From Camelus ferus (taxonomy: Eukaryota), in the NCBI RefSeq assembly GCF_009834535.1, contig NC_045697.1, positions 24,368,001-24,432,000 on the forward strand: DNA of 64,000 nt, written 5' to 3'. The notes under the pieces are model-generated. The model worked only from the letters and a program-made list of their open reading frames with translations, searched no databases and was not told the DNA's origin. Position 1 is the first letter of the stretch. Each line of letters starts with the position of its first letter. Positions 48,831 through 62,905 of the stretch are shown here, one piece after another. The translations under genes were made by a program, and so were the position numbers.

Positions 48831-51800
48831 CCATTATGATAGACCACGATTTGAAGAATTCTTCATAGTATTCATAACCGTTTAAAACCCAAAGGTAAAG
48901 GTCATTTTAAAAAAGTGAAACAGTGTGAAATTACATATAACAATGATTTGTAAAGATTTTGGGAATGATTTTGTTCCCCTCAGTGCTCTACTATTTTGCT
49001 TTCAAAAACAATGCATTTCACTTTCTAAATTATGTTAAAATGAGTAACACCTAATAATAACTCAAGAAGTGTTCAGGATGCTTTGAAAATATTGTAGCTA
49101 AAAATGCTGAACTTACTAGTTTATTCATGTAACTGTAATGTGTGTGGCTTGTAACTTTGAGGTGATTCACACAGTGACAATAAAAATAAGACAATTGTCC
49201 TCATAAGTGCTTAAAAAGATATAGGTCACTTAGTAAAAAATTAGATTACTGTGCATGGATAATATAATTTGTCTGTACCATTCTAAGGTATTTCAGATAT
49301 CTTTATAGTATGTGGAAAAAATGTGATTTCTAGAAATAAAAGGAGTAAAAGCTGCTTGTATCTTTAATGGATTTATTAAAAATTATCACACGATCATCTG
49401 TCTATCTTAGATACAAACTGATTCAAGTATTTTGCAAAAAATGTTTTTTCATGCATGAAACATATTCAATCAAAAATTATGTAGGTAAGCTTTTCTATTC
49501 AAAAAAATTCTAATTTTTTTTTATATTATAAAGGATCACTTTTTAAAAATGTTTGTATTTATCTGTCAATTTATATCAATTAGTTAGCCAGTAGAATTTT
49601 CTAAAGCAAGGAAAAATGATAGTCAAATCAATGTGAACATAGTAGCACAAATTCAAATGCATTTTACATTTTCTATTAATTATTATTCACCCAATCATTT
49701 TTTTCTCAATTGAAAGTGTGTTTCACTTATCGTTTTGTCTCAGATAGAATTTTTTTTTCAAACACTGATACACTGTTTCTTCTAATTGTCCCTGGGAATT
49801 ATAGAGAGGTATCATGAGAAATGAAACAGACATTGGAACCACATACACATTCAGTGTTCAGACAAAGGAATAAGAAACACTGGGCAGATATATAATTAAA
49901 CACAATAACAACTGTGCTCATCAAATAGGAAGAAGATGAAAAAGTAATCCTGGCTGCTCATTTAATTTTTTTAGAGCAGATATGAATGTGATTAGAATAC
50001 TGTGATATAACTTAATTTTAGAAATATCATGAAATTTGATGTCAGTCTAACCACTTAAAGATAGATTTATAGAAATCAAAGACAATCCTGAATATCTGAG
50101 GATTTGCTCTACATAGTTCCGAATCTCCATTCATTCATTCATTTTGTTTTCATTTACTCAATATTTGAATATTTACCTAATACTTTATTGGAAAACATTT
50201 TACTAACTTTTGAGATGAATAGATACCAGAAAGGAACAAGACACGTCCTCTGAAATCAAATAAATCCATTAGAGCCAAAAATACTCTACAGAAAGGCTAC
50301 AAAAATGGACATGAGTTTCAACATTTGTTTTGTTAATTTTTTATAGTTTGGACCTTCATTCATTCAACAATTGTATGTTTATATTGTTAATCTCTAGATT
50401 TAGTATCTTGTTACATATCTGGTGTACCAGATGAAAATGTTTGTTTTAGTATTGGCAATAATCATTCTGAAGAGACAAGGTGCTTCTTGCAAGCCCTACA
50501 TGAGTAAGTAATATAATTTCTTTGACCCTGACTTTGCTCTCCTTTAAAAAATGAAAGAACATTGTATAGTTTTAAATGGTATCACCACTCTCATTTGAAT
50601 TATTCAGATGTAAATATCCTCAAAATTCACCATCAATGATTTGATGTGTGGTTTCTGGAATGCTTTCAACAATGGAAGAAGACTGATGTGTTTTGAAGGA
50701 TTGTACAGTTTTATATGGATTGGAGGTAGGAAAGGATAAAAAAATAAAAGAGGATTGTTCAGCTTTGATGAGAGGCGTTCATATGAAGGAGCAGATGATG
50801 AAAATGAATGTGAAATTTGGAAGATGAGTATAGTTTGATTCCACAAAACAATCGAAGAACTTTGGAAGAAACCTGTAAGGACTCTAAGAATGTTCATGAA
50901 GTCAGTGTCAGAGAGCAAGAAATGATAATGATGTAATTAATAAAACAAATTCAAATACTCATTTTCATTCAAATTCAATAACATTTAAAAATATAGAAGT
51001 AACATTTTCTCGTCTAAGAAAATCCTTAAGTAAAAAAGCATGAAAACAGGAATAAAAAATATAAGCATTTCTATTTAGCAGAAAAACATGAACACTTTTT
51101 CTTCTATTTTTATTAAAAAAAAGGCATCTGTCTTCCACTACAGTTTGAATTCAAATTGTTTCACTTAGTTTTCACCAACCACTTTTCTTTTTTAAATAGG
51201 GAATTAATTTTGCTGTAACCATCTTTTAAAATACTTATTAGAAGGCAGTATTCTGCCCATGTGTGCATAATGGAGGTTCTGATGTCAATTCTTACATTAA
51301 AAAAAAAAAAAACCTCTTTATCTTGGTGTTCAAATATAAAGTAAACGTATTAAAGATCTTAGTTGCTTGTACTTAGTTTGCTTTACAAACTGACCTAAAA
51401 ATGAATTTGCTTTTCAGATTTAAGAGAATGTTTGAGTCACTATTGGTAGCCTCCCATAGCTAGGGATAAGCTGGGAGCTAAACATTTTTTCTCCAAGAAA
51501 CTTACCCCCACAAGGGATGTTACAGTAAAAAATCAGTCTCAACTCAAATTCTGTCACATTTATTAGCAAGCAAGCACATTTGCACACAAGCACAAGTACA
51601 CACATCCATACAGCCTCTTCTGCAAACCTGGTGAAGTGTCTATTTTCTGCCTTTTAGGCCATCCAGTAAGTCCCTTGTATTAAAGACTACAGGATTTAGT
51701 TATCCTTCAGAAAGGGTCACTCATCTGTTATTTGAACAAAAGAGGAACAGGATTGCAAGCCTAGGACTCCATGCTGGCTTCACAAAATTCCTTTACTTTT

Positions 51801-52139
51801 CTTATTAGAATGGACGTTCCTAGAAGTATATTTTTATTATCTGAATTTTTTTACTGTCAATTATTTTACCAATGAAAAAATCACTTCTAATAATCATTAC
51901 ACTAATTTGCAAGCTGTTTAATGCTGATGGGATATAAAGATAGTTCTAGTGGTTACTTTCAGAGTAGGGTTTGTAATTATATTTTAAAATGCTAAATCAG
52001 GCCAGAGAGGAGATGATCTATAGCTATATCATTCATCATTATCTATATCTTCTTCTATCTCTCGATATAAATACCCTTTATGTTGAAATATTTTAAATTA
52101 AATTATAGATAATATGATAAGAACTGCTTGCTTAGTGTT

Positions 52140-52180
52140 TATATATATATATATATATATAAATTATATATATATATATA
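52140..52180. repeat. Interrupted (TA)n microsatellite
   Basis: Two TA runs separated by a short AAATT interruption. Confidence 0.9.
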
Positions 52181-54787
52181 ATTTCTATTTTAGAGAGGTG
52201 CAGAGAAGTTAAAAAAATTCCTGCAGGTCATCCTTATAATAAATAAATATCTGGGCTGGAATGAGGAATTAGGACATATTGTGGAATCAAGATGGAACTG
52301 GAGTAAATTTAGGAATTTATTTAAAACTAACAATATACACACAGATGCTCAAATATTTACAAATTTCCTAAGTGCTTAAAACACAACTTCCTTGGAAGTA
52401 GCAAAACAGCCTATAGATTTTAAGGGTATAAATAGTTTGTGTTTAAACATTAAAATACCATCTATATGTCTGTCATTCTTTTTGGTGTATGTGATCTTTA
52501 ATAGAATTGAGGAATTTGATATTTAAATAAACAGAACAATGTTTTTAGCTGAAGATACAATATAGTGTTATTTAGTTAGACACAGAAATTGCAATAAAAC
52601 TGTTTAGCTCATTTTTTTTGTCCTCATAGCAAAACCATGCTTCCAGATTTTATGTCCCTCTGGGCGATTCTCGCTAGGTGTATTTAATCTTCTGAACAGA
52701 GCAATGTATTGTTATAGTAGAATATTAATGTTAATACTGTATCAAAAAACAAGAGCTTTACCTGGAAAGGGCAAGTACAGCAGGATCTGCCCAAGCAGAA
52801 TAGACCATAGAAGAAGAACTTGGAAGCTCATGTGGGTCCAGTCAGAGAGGACAGCGCTGCTCTAGGGGAAGCTCAGGGAGCAGGACTGAAAAGAGCAACC
52901 TGCCAGAGCCACCCCCTCAGGACCCAGGCTTTTACTGTTGTGTCTCCGGTTTAGAAAATTAAGGCCTAAACAGTTTAAATCACAGCAGAGTTCAGTATAA
53001 AATGCTCTAGAATTTAAAACACATACACACACACTTAGGACTGCAAGCTTTGAAGTTTTGAGTTCTCTCTCAGAATAAATTACAAAGCCAAAGGGAGACA
53101 TTTTAAATTGTGTAGAATATATTTTAATGCTTAAGAAATAATAAAGTCAATTCAACCCGCATATTTGTGTGCATATGTGCACACACATATTCATAGCACA
53201 CAAATACACAGATACACAATATATACATGTGCATACCTGCATATATATGTATATGTGTGTATGTGTGTGTATATATATGTATTCAAAATACTAGAGATTT
53301 TCAAAGACCATCAATTTTTTTTCACATGCTTTTAGAGTCAGTTGATGGATACAAAAGCATGACAGAGATCAAATTATCAGCTTTATTAGTGATAAATGTT
53401 AAAATACATGGCTCATATGTATGCCAAATGGACTTTCTAACCTATCCATAAGTGGTGGACAGCAGACCCAATTGCCTATCTTGTACAGGTCAATTTTCTT
53501 AAAGAAAACAAGAAAAAGGAGCTGATCGATCTGAGCATGTCCACTCTCTTCATTCCAGTGAAGTTAATCAGGTATCTCACATCTCCTCTGGGGAAATCAT
53601 AGAATGAAAGTTGAGGAACGGCCAAGAGTTTGATTCCAAGGAAGTTTCTTTACATGGTACTTGAGGAGTTAAGTATAATTTGTTGTGTTTGGGTGTATGT
53701 AAACGCACATACTTTTATAGACATGAAACGACTCCTAATGTTTTCAGTGTTCTCCATTTGTTTCAAAATTTCTTATTAATATAGTTTTACATAGCCTAAT
53801 CAAGAGGGCTTTGTAAAAAAAAAGTATGCTTCTATATATTACATGAACCATCTAACATCTTGCTGTCCCTTTTTAGTGTTAATTATGTGAATTCACATGA
53901 TTGTTAAAAGATATTACAAACCACTTCTCCCACCTATAAGCAGATTAAATGTTAAGTGAATGTCAGTGGGCCTACTGTAGATTTTCGTGTTAAGATGAGT
54001 GGTATATATGATGTCTCACCTTTAAAAAGCAAAATGATTTTTGAATAAAAGAAACTCAAAAGATAAAACCTGATTAATTCACACAGAAAGTTTCAGTAAA
54101 CTCTGACTACTTGAACATCAATATATCTATTTATTCTTCAACAATTATTGATTCTGCACTATATGCCAGATACTTTAGCAATTACTAAAAATAAAAGAGT
54201 AAAATATATAATGCAGTATGTCACATCCATACAAGCTTGTAATAAAATCTGCTGAAGTCCCTAAAGAATGCATTTTTTTCCTTATGTCATAAAAGGAAGG
54301 CAACCTACTTCATTCTAAGTAAGGGAGTTTCTAAATGAAAATAACATACTTTTTTACCCCCTCACTCTTCCACATAATAGTAGAAATACTAGTATGAATG
54401 GTCAGAATCCAGGATGTTTACGGGGCCATGTGTTTATCAGGAGATAAGATCACTTACTTGTAAGGCCATGGGTTTTATTACATTAATTCTTCTGCCAGAA
54501 ACTGGTTGCTAATCAGGTATTCAATACTCCAAGGAGCTAGACAGTAAATAATTGGAGTGAATCTACCATGCAGAGCAAACTCACCCCACTTCTTATGGTC
54601 TACGTTTAGTTATGGGATAAGAAGCTTTAACATGCTATATAGTCTTTGACCTGTTTTATTAAGAATTGCAATAGATTGAGGGTTATTAAAAACTTTCCTG
54701 TGCAATAATAAAGTTAATAGTTTTAGTCTTATTGGGGTGAATCTTTTTTTTCTCTTTATATTTTATTAGTTAGAAAGGAAAATGAGT

Positions 54788-54938
54788 CACAAGGAAAAAA
54801 ATTATAACTGTATGTGGTGACAGATGTTAACTAGACTTATTGTTGTATCATCTTGCGATATATACAAATATTGAATCACTGTGGTGCACACCTGAAGCTA
54901 ATATAATGCTATCTGTCATTTATATCTCAAAAAAAAAA
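54788..54938 (+). mobile_element. 5'-truncated L1 3' end with poly(A) and TSD
   Basis: GATGTTAACTAGACTTATTG...CACCTGAAGCTAATATAATG...TATCTC(A)n; degenerate 16-bp TSD AGAAAGGAAAATGAGT/AGAAGGGAGCATGAGT. Confidence 0.88.
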
Positions 54939-55119
54939 AGAAGGGAGCATGAGTGATTCGTATCGTAAGTTACAACATACTAGGACACAAACTTGAGCAG
55001 ATGGAGGTAAAATTGAATGTGCATGTCTATTAAGTATGCTGGGATCTCAGATGTGACAGACTGGAGTACCTGGAAACGGTTACAGACCTTGAGTGGCAGG
55101 TGAGATATTTTTAATTATA

Positions 55120-55420
55120 ATGATAATAATAATTAATATTCATTGAGTGCTTACAATGGGCCAGGTTCAATGCTAGATCTTTTCATGACATATCTCATTT
55201 ACTCTGTACAAAACCTGATAAGGATAGTAATATTGATAACAGCATTTTAATGACTATTTCAAAATGTCCTAAGACTATTCTAAGTGATAGATATAAACTA
55301 TAGCATTTAGTTCCTGGAAGAGCTCTGTGAAGCAAATACTATAATTATCTTAACAGAGGGACACTGAAGAACAGAATATTAAGTAAATTGCCAAAGATTA
55401 TGCAGCCTCTGCTTCTAAGA
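55120..55420 (-). mobile_element. MIR remnants
   Basis: CATTGAGTGCTTACAATGGGCCAGG...TCTCATTT and AAGTAAATTGCCAAAGA motifs. Confidence 0.55.
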
Positions 55421-56404
55421 TGTTTTGATGCCAATGTCTATTATAGAATACAATTCTTTATAAATTCTCATGAACAGAGAACTGTAGTACAATAGATAAT
55501 CTTCACTTTAGACATGACAGTGAGAAAACCAGAGAAATATCAGAGAATGGAGGAAGGCAGGAAGCTCGTTGGGAACTCGAAGACCAAACTAGTCTTATGT
55601 GAAAAGAAAGGGAAATGGAACCAGAACAATGTATCTTGAACGAATGGCTTTGAAATGTGGAGTAGGAAAGAGAAAGATATTTTATTCATGACAAAATCAG
55701 TGGGGACCGCTAGAGCTCAGGAAAGTCTAACAGAAGGAAAAAGAAAGATCTCAGATTAGTAAACAAAATGTTTCCCTAGAGGAAACCCTTTGCAAAAAGT
55801 TACTGAGAGGCAGTTTCTTAAAGTTCAGACAGGAAGTCAGTAGCCAAGCGCCGACTATCTAGTTACAGGACTGGGATGGTTACATTTGGTATTTGAAGAG
55901 AAGACTAGGAATTCCAGTTAGAATATTTCAGACAACAATCAGTGCATTTAAAAGTTGTTGTTGGTGAGTTAGATTTAAAAAATATAAGGTGAACTAGGCA
56001 GCAATATAACAAGTTGAGTCCAACACTAAGTGGAAACTTGGATTGGTAAATCGGTGTCCCCATGTAGAAATAGCCTGCAAAGGCAGCTATAACATTAGGA
56101 TTTGTTTGAATAATAGACATTTTGTGCTGGCTTAGAAGTCATACTTTATATTATGAAAAGATTAATTAGGCTGTTTTTGATGTAGTATGCTAACAAACTT
56201 GTGTTTCCTTTCTGCTCTTAAAGCACTAAGAAAATCAAAGTATCTTCATCTTGAGATTTGTATAATTAACAGCTGTACAGCCTGAAAAGGAAGGAAGAAG
56301 GGCTTGAACCAAAGAGGAAGAATAGATCAAATGATTCTGATAAAAGAATATAGAGAACAGGGAACCAGAAGCTGTCAGATTACAACTGTTTCCATTAGGG
56401 CAGG

Positions 56405-56950
56405 TGTCTTAGGGTTCTCCAGAGAAATAGATAGTTTAATGATTTGGGTTAATATTAATATTTAATACTAATACTGATACTGCTGATTCTGTTTGATATT
56501 AATATTTAATATACATATTAAAGGAAATTAATGACAGTTTGGTTCATGTGTTAATGGAGAATGAGAAGTTCCACAATCTGCCATATGCGAGCTGGAGACC
56601 TAGGAAAGCCAGAGGTGTTGTTCAGTCCGAGTCTGAAGGCCTGAAAACCAGGGGAGGCGACAGTTTAAATGCCAGTCTCAGAGCTGGAAAAGATAAAATA
56701 TGTCTCCATTCAAGTAGGCAGGCAGGAAGCAAAAAGGGATGAATTCCTCCTTCCTCTGTGTTTTTGTTCTATTTAAGCTCTCAAAGGATTGGATTGTGCC
56801 CACCTACACTTAGAGGGCAATGTATTGTACTAAGTCACTCATTCAAATGCTAACCTCATCCAGAAACAGCCTCACTGACCCATCTAGAGATAATGTTTAA
56901 TCTGGGCACCCTGTGACCAGTCAAGTTGAAACATAAAATTAACCATCACA
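56405..56950 (-). mobile_element. MLT2-type ERVL solo LTR
   Basis: TTAGGGTTCTCCAGAGAAA...CAGTCAAGTTGAAACATAAAATTAACCATCACA; 5-bp TSD GCAGG/GCAAG. Confidence 0.88.
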
Positions 56951-56955
56951 GCAAG

Positions 56956-58012
56956 TGATAGTCAGTTGTTGTCAAAGGAATGCTATATAACAAACCATTC
57001 CAAATCTCAGTGATTTACAACATAATCGTCCATTCTTACACTTGCAGGTCTGCAGGTAGACTGCTTCAGCTGACCAAGGTTGATTTGGCTGACTGGCTCT
57101 GCTTTGTGTTGGGATCAATTGTCTTGCACTGGCCTGGCAATTAGTTTCATTCTGGGCTCAAGACTGAAGAGGGTGTGGTTACCATAAGGATAAGCTTCTC
57201 ACAGCAAAAAACCAGATCACAAATTTATTTGAAGACCCTAATTTGAAAACGTGTATTAACACTATATTAGTCAAAGTAAGACAGGAAGGGGGCAGGGCAC
57301 AGCCTTTCAAGGAATTATACAGCAGTTAACATCAAAATGGTGGAAGATTCAACCCCTAGTAGGCCTTGAGGCTCAAGATGGTGGGAGATTTGCCTTCTAG
57401 CAAAACTTGAGCTTCATTATACACTCATTGTAATATATTAACATAGTGAATAACACGCCCACAGGCAGTCCCAAGGCTAGCCACAGAAGGTCAAAGAGTG
57501 GAAATGGCCAACTTCCTGGGAATCCCAGCCCCTTCCCCAGGCTAGTTAGACTGGTCCTTCCACTTATTAGCATATGAAGCCACCAAGCCCATAAGAACTG
57601 GCAACACAGTGCCTCATGGCTGTCCGCCCTCTCTCTCTCCCTCTTCAGAGGCGGCCCTGCACACTGTCTATGGAGTGTGTACCCACTTTTAATCTGATCA
57701 CCCAACCCCCACACCTATGGCCTTTCTCTTGCCTTTCACTGTATTTCTCTGAATAAATCTACCTTTACTTAACTGTGGCTCGCTCTTGAATTCTTTCCTG
57801 CGCAAAGCCAAGGACCCATACTTGGAGGGGCACATCCCAGGGGCTCAACCGAAGCCTAGGATACAGCCCTTCTCACGCCCCGCATCCATTTTTCCTGCAT
57901 CAAAAGCACATCAAATATACAAGCCCAGTGTCAGTGGGACAAGGATATACACTTTATTCTCAGTTGGAGAAGATGAATGAATGTCTATTAAACAATAATC
58001 TAAACTATTACA
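56956..58012 (-). mobile_element. Old MLT1-type MaLR LTR, split by the young LTR
   Basis: AACAAACCATTCCAAATCTCAGTGATTTACAAC start; ATTAGTCAAAG|CACATC continuity across the insert; ends AAACTATTACA. Confidence 0.6.
57277..57902 (+). mobile_element. Young ERV1-type solo LTR, copy 2
   Basis: TAAGACAGGAAG (TG changed to TA)...CCTGCATCA; AATAAA at 57752-57757; perfect TSD AAAG at 57273-57276 and 57903-57906; inverted paralog of 6262-6898. Confidence 0.92.
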
Positions 58013-58689
58013 GGACAATAGTATATTAAAGAGTAATTAAATTTCTAGGGCGCTAAGACCATGATTTTTTTTCAGATTGAATAAATGTTCCTGATTAGAA
58101 GAGCCCTTCCCTAAGAAGAGAGACTCAGTGGAGCTGGTATGATTCACATTACTTTGGAAAATAGAGTTGCAAACAGAAACAATACAAGGCCACTGATATA
58201 TTAACAAATGAATGTATTCAACACTAGTAAGACTTGGGTTTCTTGATTCTAGTAAATCCCAGAGCCGTGGATACCAGCCTGTATTTAGAGGGTGCAAACA
58301 ATCTGGATCTGTGGGCTTTAAATTTTACCCAAGTGCTTCTGTTAGCCTAATGGAACATACCTTTCAGAGAATGAGAATGATGGTTGAATGAGAGACTGAG
58401 ATATTCAGGGAGTAAGTGAGGATATCCTATTAACAGAAGACAGTATGCAGGAGAAATGAGCGTGGGTTAAAATGGCATTGACTTGACTGGCATTGACTAG
58501 AATCTTATACAAATTAATAGTTTTTGGAGATCTGAGGAAGTTAAATATAAACATATATTTACTTAATAGGCATTTATTTAGACACTTGCCTGCATTAAAA
58601 ATAACTTTTATTTACTAAATACATATATGAAGAGTGAAAGGAGAATTGAAAGAGAGGAAGAAAATGGTATTTGTAATGTATGTTACACC

Positions 58690-59560
58690 TTCTCCTCCCC
58701 AAAAAGAAAGAACTAATTCTAGAATATATAGGAACATGCACCTTTTGGGGAAAAAAGCTAGACAATTGAAGAGGAAGATAAGCAAACTATTTAACAGGCA
58801 ACCCATGTATACACATGCATGTGAACACACACATACTCATAAACACATTTAAGAAAATTAATAACAATATGAAATCAATATTCAATTCATTAATAATCAG
58901 CAAATGCAAACTAAACCTTAATAAAATATCATTTTATACTGATCAGATTGTGAAAAATGTGAAAGTTTGACAATGCTTAGTGTTGGCAAGGATGCTAACT
59001 AATACGTATTTTCTTACACTATTGAGAAAAATTTTGCAACAATTTTGGAAAATTGTGTGGCATTATCTTTAAAATTTGAAGATGAACATATCATATGACC
59101 CAGAAATTCTGCTCCTAGCTATTTGCCACAGATCTACACTGTCCAATACAGTAGCCAGTAGCTACACATGGTAATTTAAATTCAAATTGAAATAAAATCA
59201 AACTAAAAATTTAACTCCTCAGTTACATTAACCACATTTCAAATGCTATTCAGCCATATATAACTACTGGCTAACATTTTGGATTGCACACATAAGGACA
59301 TTTCCATCATATGCGCCCCAAGATACATTTACAAAAATAACCCTTGCAGTATTATTTGTCATAGTCATACACTGGAAATAACTCAAAGGTCTAATAATTT
59401 TAGACACAGTATATTTATATAATTATATACTGCAAAGAAAATGAAAAAGAAATACACCCAACACACTGTATAAATATTAAATGAATATACTTGGTATGAT
59501 TCCATTTATGTAAAAGTTAACCCCAAACAAACAAAAACAAAAATCTGTATTATGTTGATA
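58690..59560 (+). mobile_element. Old L1 (L1ME-like) 3' region
   Basis: TAATAATCAGCAAATGCAAACTAAA...TGTTGGCAAGGATG...ATATGACCCAGAAATTC...GTATGATTCCATTTATGTAAA. Confidence 0.7.
59133..59310. mobile_element. MER3/MER33-like hAT-Charlie MITE nested in L1
   Basis: CTGTCCAATACAGTAGCCAGTAGCTACAC...CCACATTTCAAATGCT...GGCTAACATTTTGGA; internal inverted repeat typical of this family. Confidence 0.8.
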
Positions 59561-59775
59561 GAGGTTGTACACATAGTTGGAAAATCGTAACAAAAAGTCA
59601 AGGAAACAACACACCTAGATGCATACACACACATCACACACACACACAGAGAAGCAGGGAAGAGAATGAATAAATGAATAAATGGGTAAATAATTATGAG
59701 AGGAACCAAAGTTATCCTAAAATTTCCAGGCTCAGAGCTGTAAGACAATTATCAGGAATAAGAATAGAAGGTGAA

Positions 59776-59945
59776 GGGAGGAGGGTATACCTCACTGGTA
59801 GAGTGTGTGCTTAGCATGCACAGGGTCCTGGGTTCAATTCCCAGTACCTCCATTAATAAACAAACAAAGAAACAAACAAACAAATAAATAACAACAAACT
59901 AATTAACTTCTTCCCTGCTATAAAAAATGATTTTTTTTAAAAAAA
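59776..59945 (+). mobile_element. tRNA-derived SINE (camelid vic-1-like)
   Basis: GAGGGTATACCTCACTGGTAGAGTGTGTGCTTAGCATGCACAGGGTCCTGGGTTCAATTCCCAGTACCTCC followed by an (AAAC)n tail. Confidence 0.88.
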
Positions 59946-62697
59946 GAGAGAGAGAATGAAGGGAAAAATGAGATGCTTTCATCAGATATATTATACTTAA
60001 GGAAAGATCAGGGTATCAGTAAAAACAGCTATCAGGAAAGAGTACATTTAAGGCTGAAATCACAGAGATTGGTTTGGGCTAAAAAAATAGATTTAAGAAT
60101 CAACCATATGGGGATAACTGTTGAAGCTGGGAGATTAGATGAAAGTCTTAGAAAGTTGGCTACTGGGAGAACAAAACATACAAGAAAAGAAAAGGGAAAG
60201 GGACGCAGGAAAGACAAATCCTCTCTAATGGACTTGTCGCAGCCTGCCCAAAGAAATTAACCCAGCACATGTGCAGTGCTCCAGTGCCCTAGCTTTCCCA
60301 CGTTGCAATGAAATAAATTAATCTGAATCTCCCTTGATTCCGAAAAGAAATCCTGGCATTAAACCTCTGCATTTTCAGCTCTCACCTATTTAAAGACAAA
60401 AGAAAATAACTTCTAATCTTTCAAATGTCAGCTGAAATTTTAGTTATCTGGTCTAAGTCATGAACTTTGATAAACTTTCATTCTCTACCTTATCTTTGTA
60501 GCAATGATCACAGACGGGAATTATACACCTACAGTATGCCTATGGCTGCTTTATTATAATTACCTCCTCCATCAAATTCTACAAAAACAAGAAACATGTC
60601 ATTTTAACTCACCATTCCACTTCTAGTTTCTATGCAGAAGAGGCACAAAATAAGTATTTGTTGAACAAACGACTAGCTGAATAAATGAAGAATGAATGAA
60701 TGAATTAAAGACGACCTTTTCTGTTTGCACTGTGGTGTACTTCTGAACGATTCTCTCATCATGTGTTGACTACTTGACAAAAATGTGTTATCAATTAAGG
60801 GCAGGGATTGAATGAAGCAAACCTTTTTTTTTTTTTTTTTTGGCTCCTGTGTTCCTTCCAGATGCCTTCCATAATTGTATACATATGTACATAGAAATCC
60901 TCCTTCTATAGGACACCACACAGAGACATAAATGCACAAATGCCACAAAGAAGGAAACCAAGTCTAGGAAAAATATAAGCTAAATAAATAGAGGCCAGCA
61001 GCAATTGCCTTCTCTTTCTTTGCCCCTATCACCACATTTCAAAGGTAATTAATCTCTAGTTTTCTTGAATTCTATTCTACCCATGTGATTTTCATAAGAT
61101 ATTTGATGATCCCTTCACGTGAATTTATTTCAAAGTTCTATCATTCCTAAAGGCGTTTTGTCTTTTGACTTAAATCATGGAATGGATGGTATTAAAATAA
61201 CCAAGCATCTATGGTAAGTGGGCTTTGAATTCGCACAAAAGATTCTCTAGGGAGAGGAAAAGTAGTGGAGGTACATTTGAATGTATTAATTTATTATTTT
61301 GTTGAAAGAGATTCTGACAAGAAAAAGGACATTGGTCTTAGAATTCTGGAAAAGTTCTTCATTTTTTGTCTTTATATTTTCAGGGTAACTGTTGTTAATT
61401 GATGTGCTAAGCCCTAATCATGAAAGATTTTACACAATTAAATGTAAGGATTAAGTATTTACCAATTCCCAGATTTATACAGTAATCTAGGATGTACATA
61501 AATTGAAATTGGCATATATGTGTTTTCAACTCTACCAGATGTTCTGAGAAATCATTGGAAACTTAGGGATTGCTACCAGTATATTGATTTAGTGGAAGTC
61601 ATTTGGCTGGATAGATCAGAATAAATATGTTTATTCAGTATTATTTGACACAAAGAAATATAGAAAAATTCATATAAACTTATACTGCATATCTTTTAAG
61701 TCACTTTGAATTCAATTTTTCTTAGATCAGATAATTTTAAGTAGTACATTTCAGATTTTAATTTTGGGGAAAAAAATACAGTGTTCACAATCATTCTTTT
61801 CTTTGAGATAATATAAAATCAGTTTTAAAAAAAAACTTTCAGAACTCTATTCCCAAGTTGATCAAAAGACATTTAAACTTTTGTAAAAGTAAGAATCATA
61901 TTAAGGCTGAATGGGCAGTTTTTTTGCAAGAATATTCTGGGTTTCTACAAATTCTAGTAAATCTTGAACTTTCAGATAAAGTTGGTTAATGAAAGAGTCA
62001 ATTAGTTTACATAAATAAAAGTATTTAAAACAGTAATCAATTGCTGAATTTCTCTGTTTTTGAGTTAGAGAAAAATATAAATATTTTCTTAGATGTTGGC
62101 TAAGAAAATGAAGCTAAATAACATATTGCAATTTTACCTCCTTAAGAGGAATCATCAAAATCGTCAGCAAGGGCCTGGGCATTTTGCTCCTAGGAGCCCT
62201 GTTTTAAACTTTTAATACTTAAATCTCTCATTGCTTGGTTACCAATGGCAACAGGAAATTGCAAGAGAACCAGAGACATGTTTCCTTACTAAGCATTTAG
62301 ACCCTTTCCTAATCACACATAAGTCCGTCCAACCTAATGTGTTATATACCAGCATCAGAAGGGATGCAATAATACAGGGGTTCCTAGTAACCCTGCCATT
62401 TGATAATTGGTTGTTCACTTGTTTTACCTATCTATTTATTTCTAACTTGTCAACTATTTCTGAAAATAATTTGAGGCAACATAACTTTATAAAAAAAGCA
62501 ATTTTATAAAAAAGAAGTCTGAAGAAAAGAATAGGAAACTGAGGTAGAAGGTTTACTCTGAGTTTCCTGGTACATAAGTTAAGTCTATACTCATATGACA
62601 TAATTATTTTCCAGAAATGTTAAGGAAAAAGTCCCATGTAAATCTTTAAATGCAAAACATGTGTTTAACAATGTTTTCAATAATGGTGCGTATAAGA

Positions 62698-62900
62698 ATT
62701 TTTTTTTTTGCATTTAAAAAAATTCTATTGAAATGTAGTTGATTTACAATGTTAGTTTCAGGTGTACAGCAAAGTAATTCAGTTATACATATACATACAT
62801 AGATATATTTTTTCTTTTCAGATTTATTTCTATTATATGTTATTACAAGAAATTTAATATAGTTCCATATGCTACACAGTATGTCCTTATTGTTTATTTA
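62698..62900 (-). mobile_element. L1 3' end (older)
   Basis: T-tract followed by GTAGTTGATTTACAATGTTAGTTTCAGGTGTACAGC. Confidence 0.8.
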
Positions 62901-62905
62901 AAAAA

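Noticed and set aside
50600..50920. Purine-rich coding-like stretch, possibly an ancient transposase remnant
   Set aside because: Stops in the plausible frames and no motif I can identify.
6262..57902. LTR pair as ends of one provirus
   Set aside because: Inverted orientation, 50 kb apart, each with its own TSD, and no matching gag/pol/env between them.
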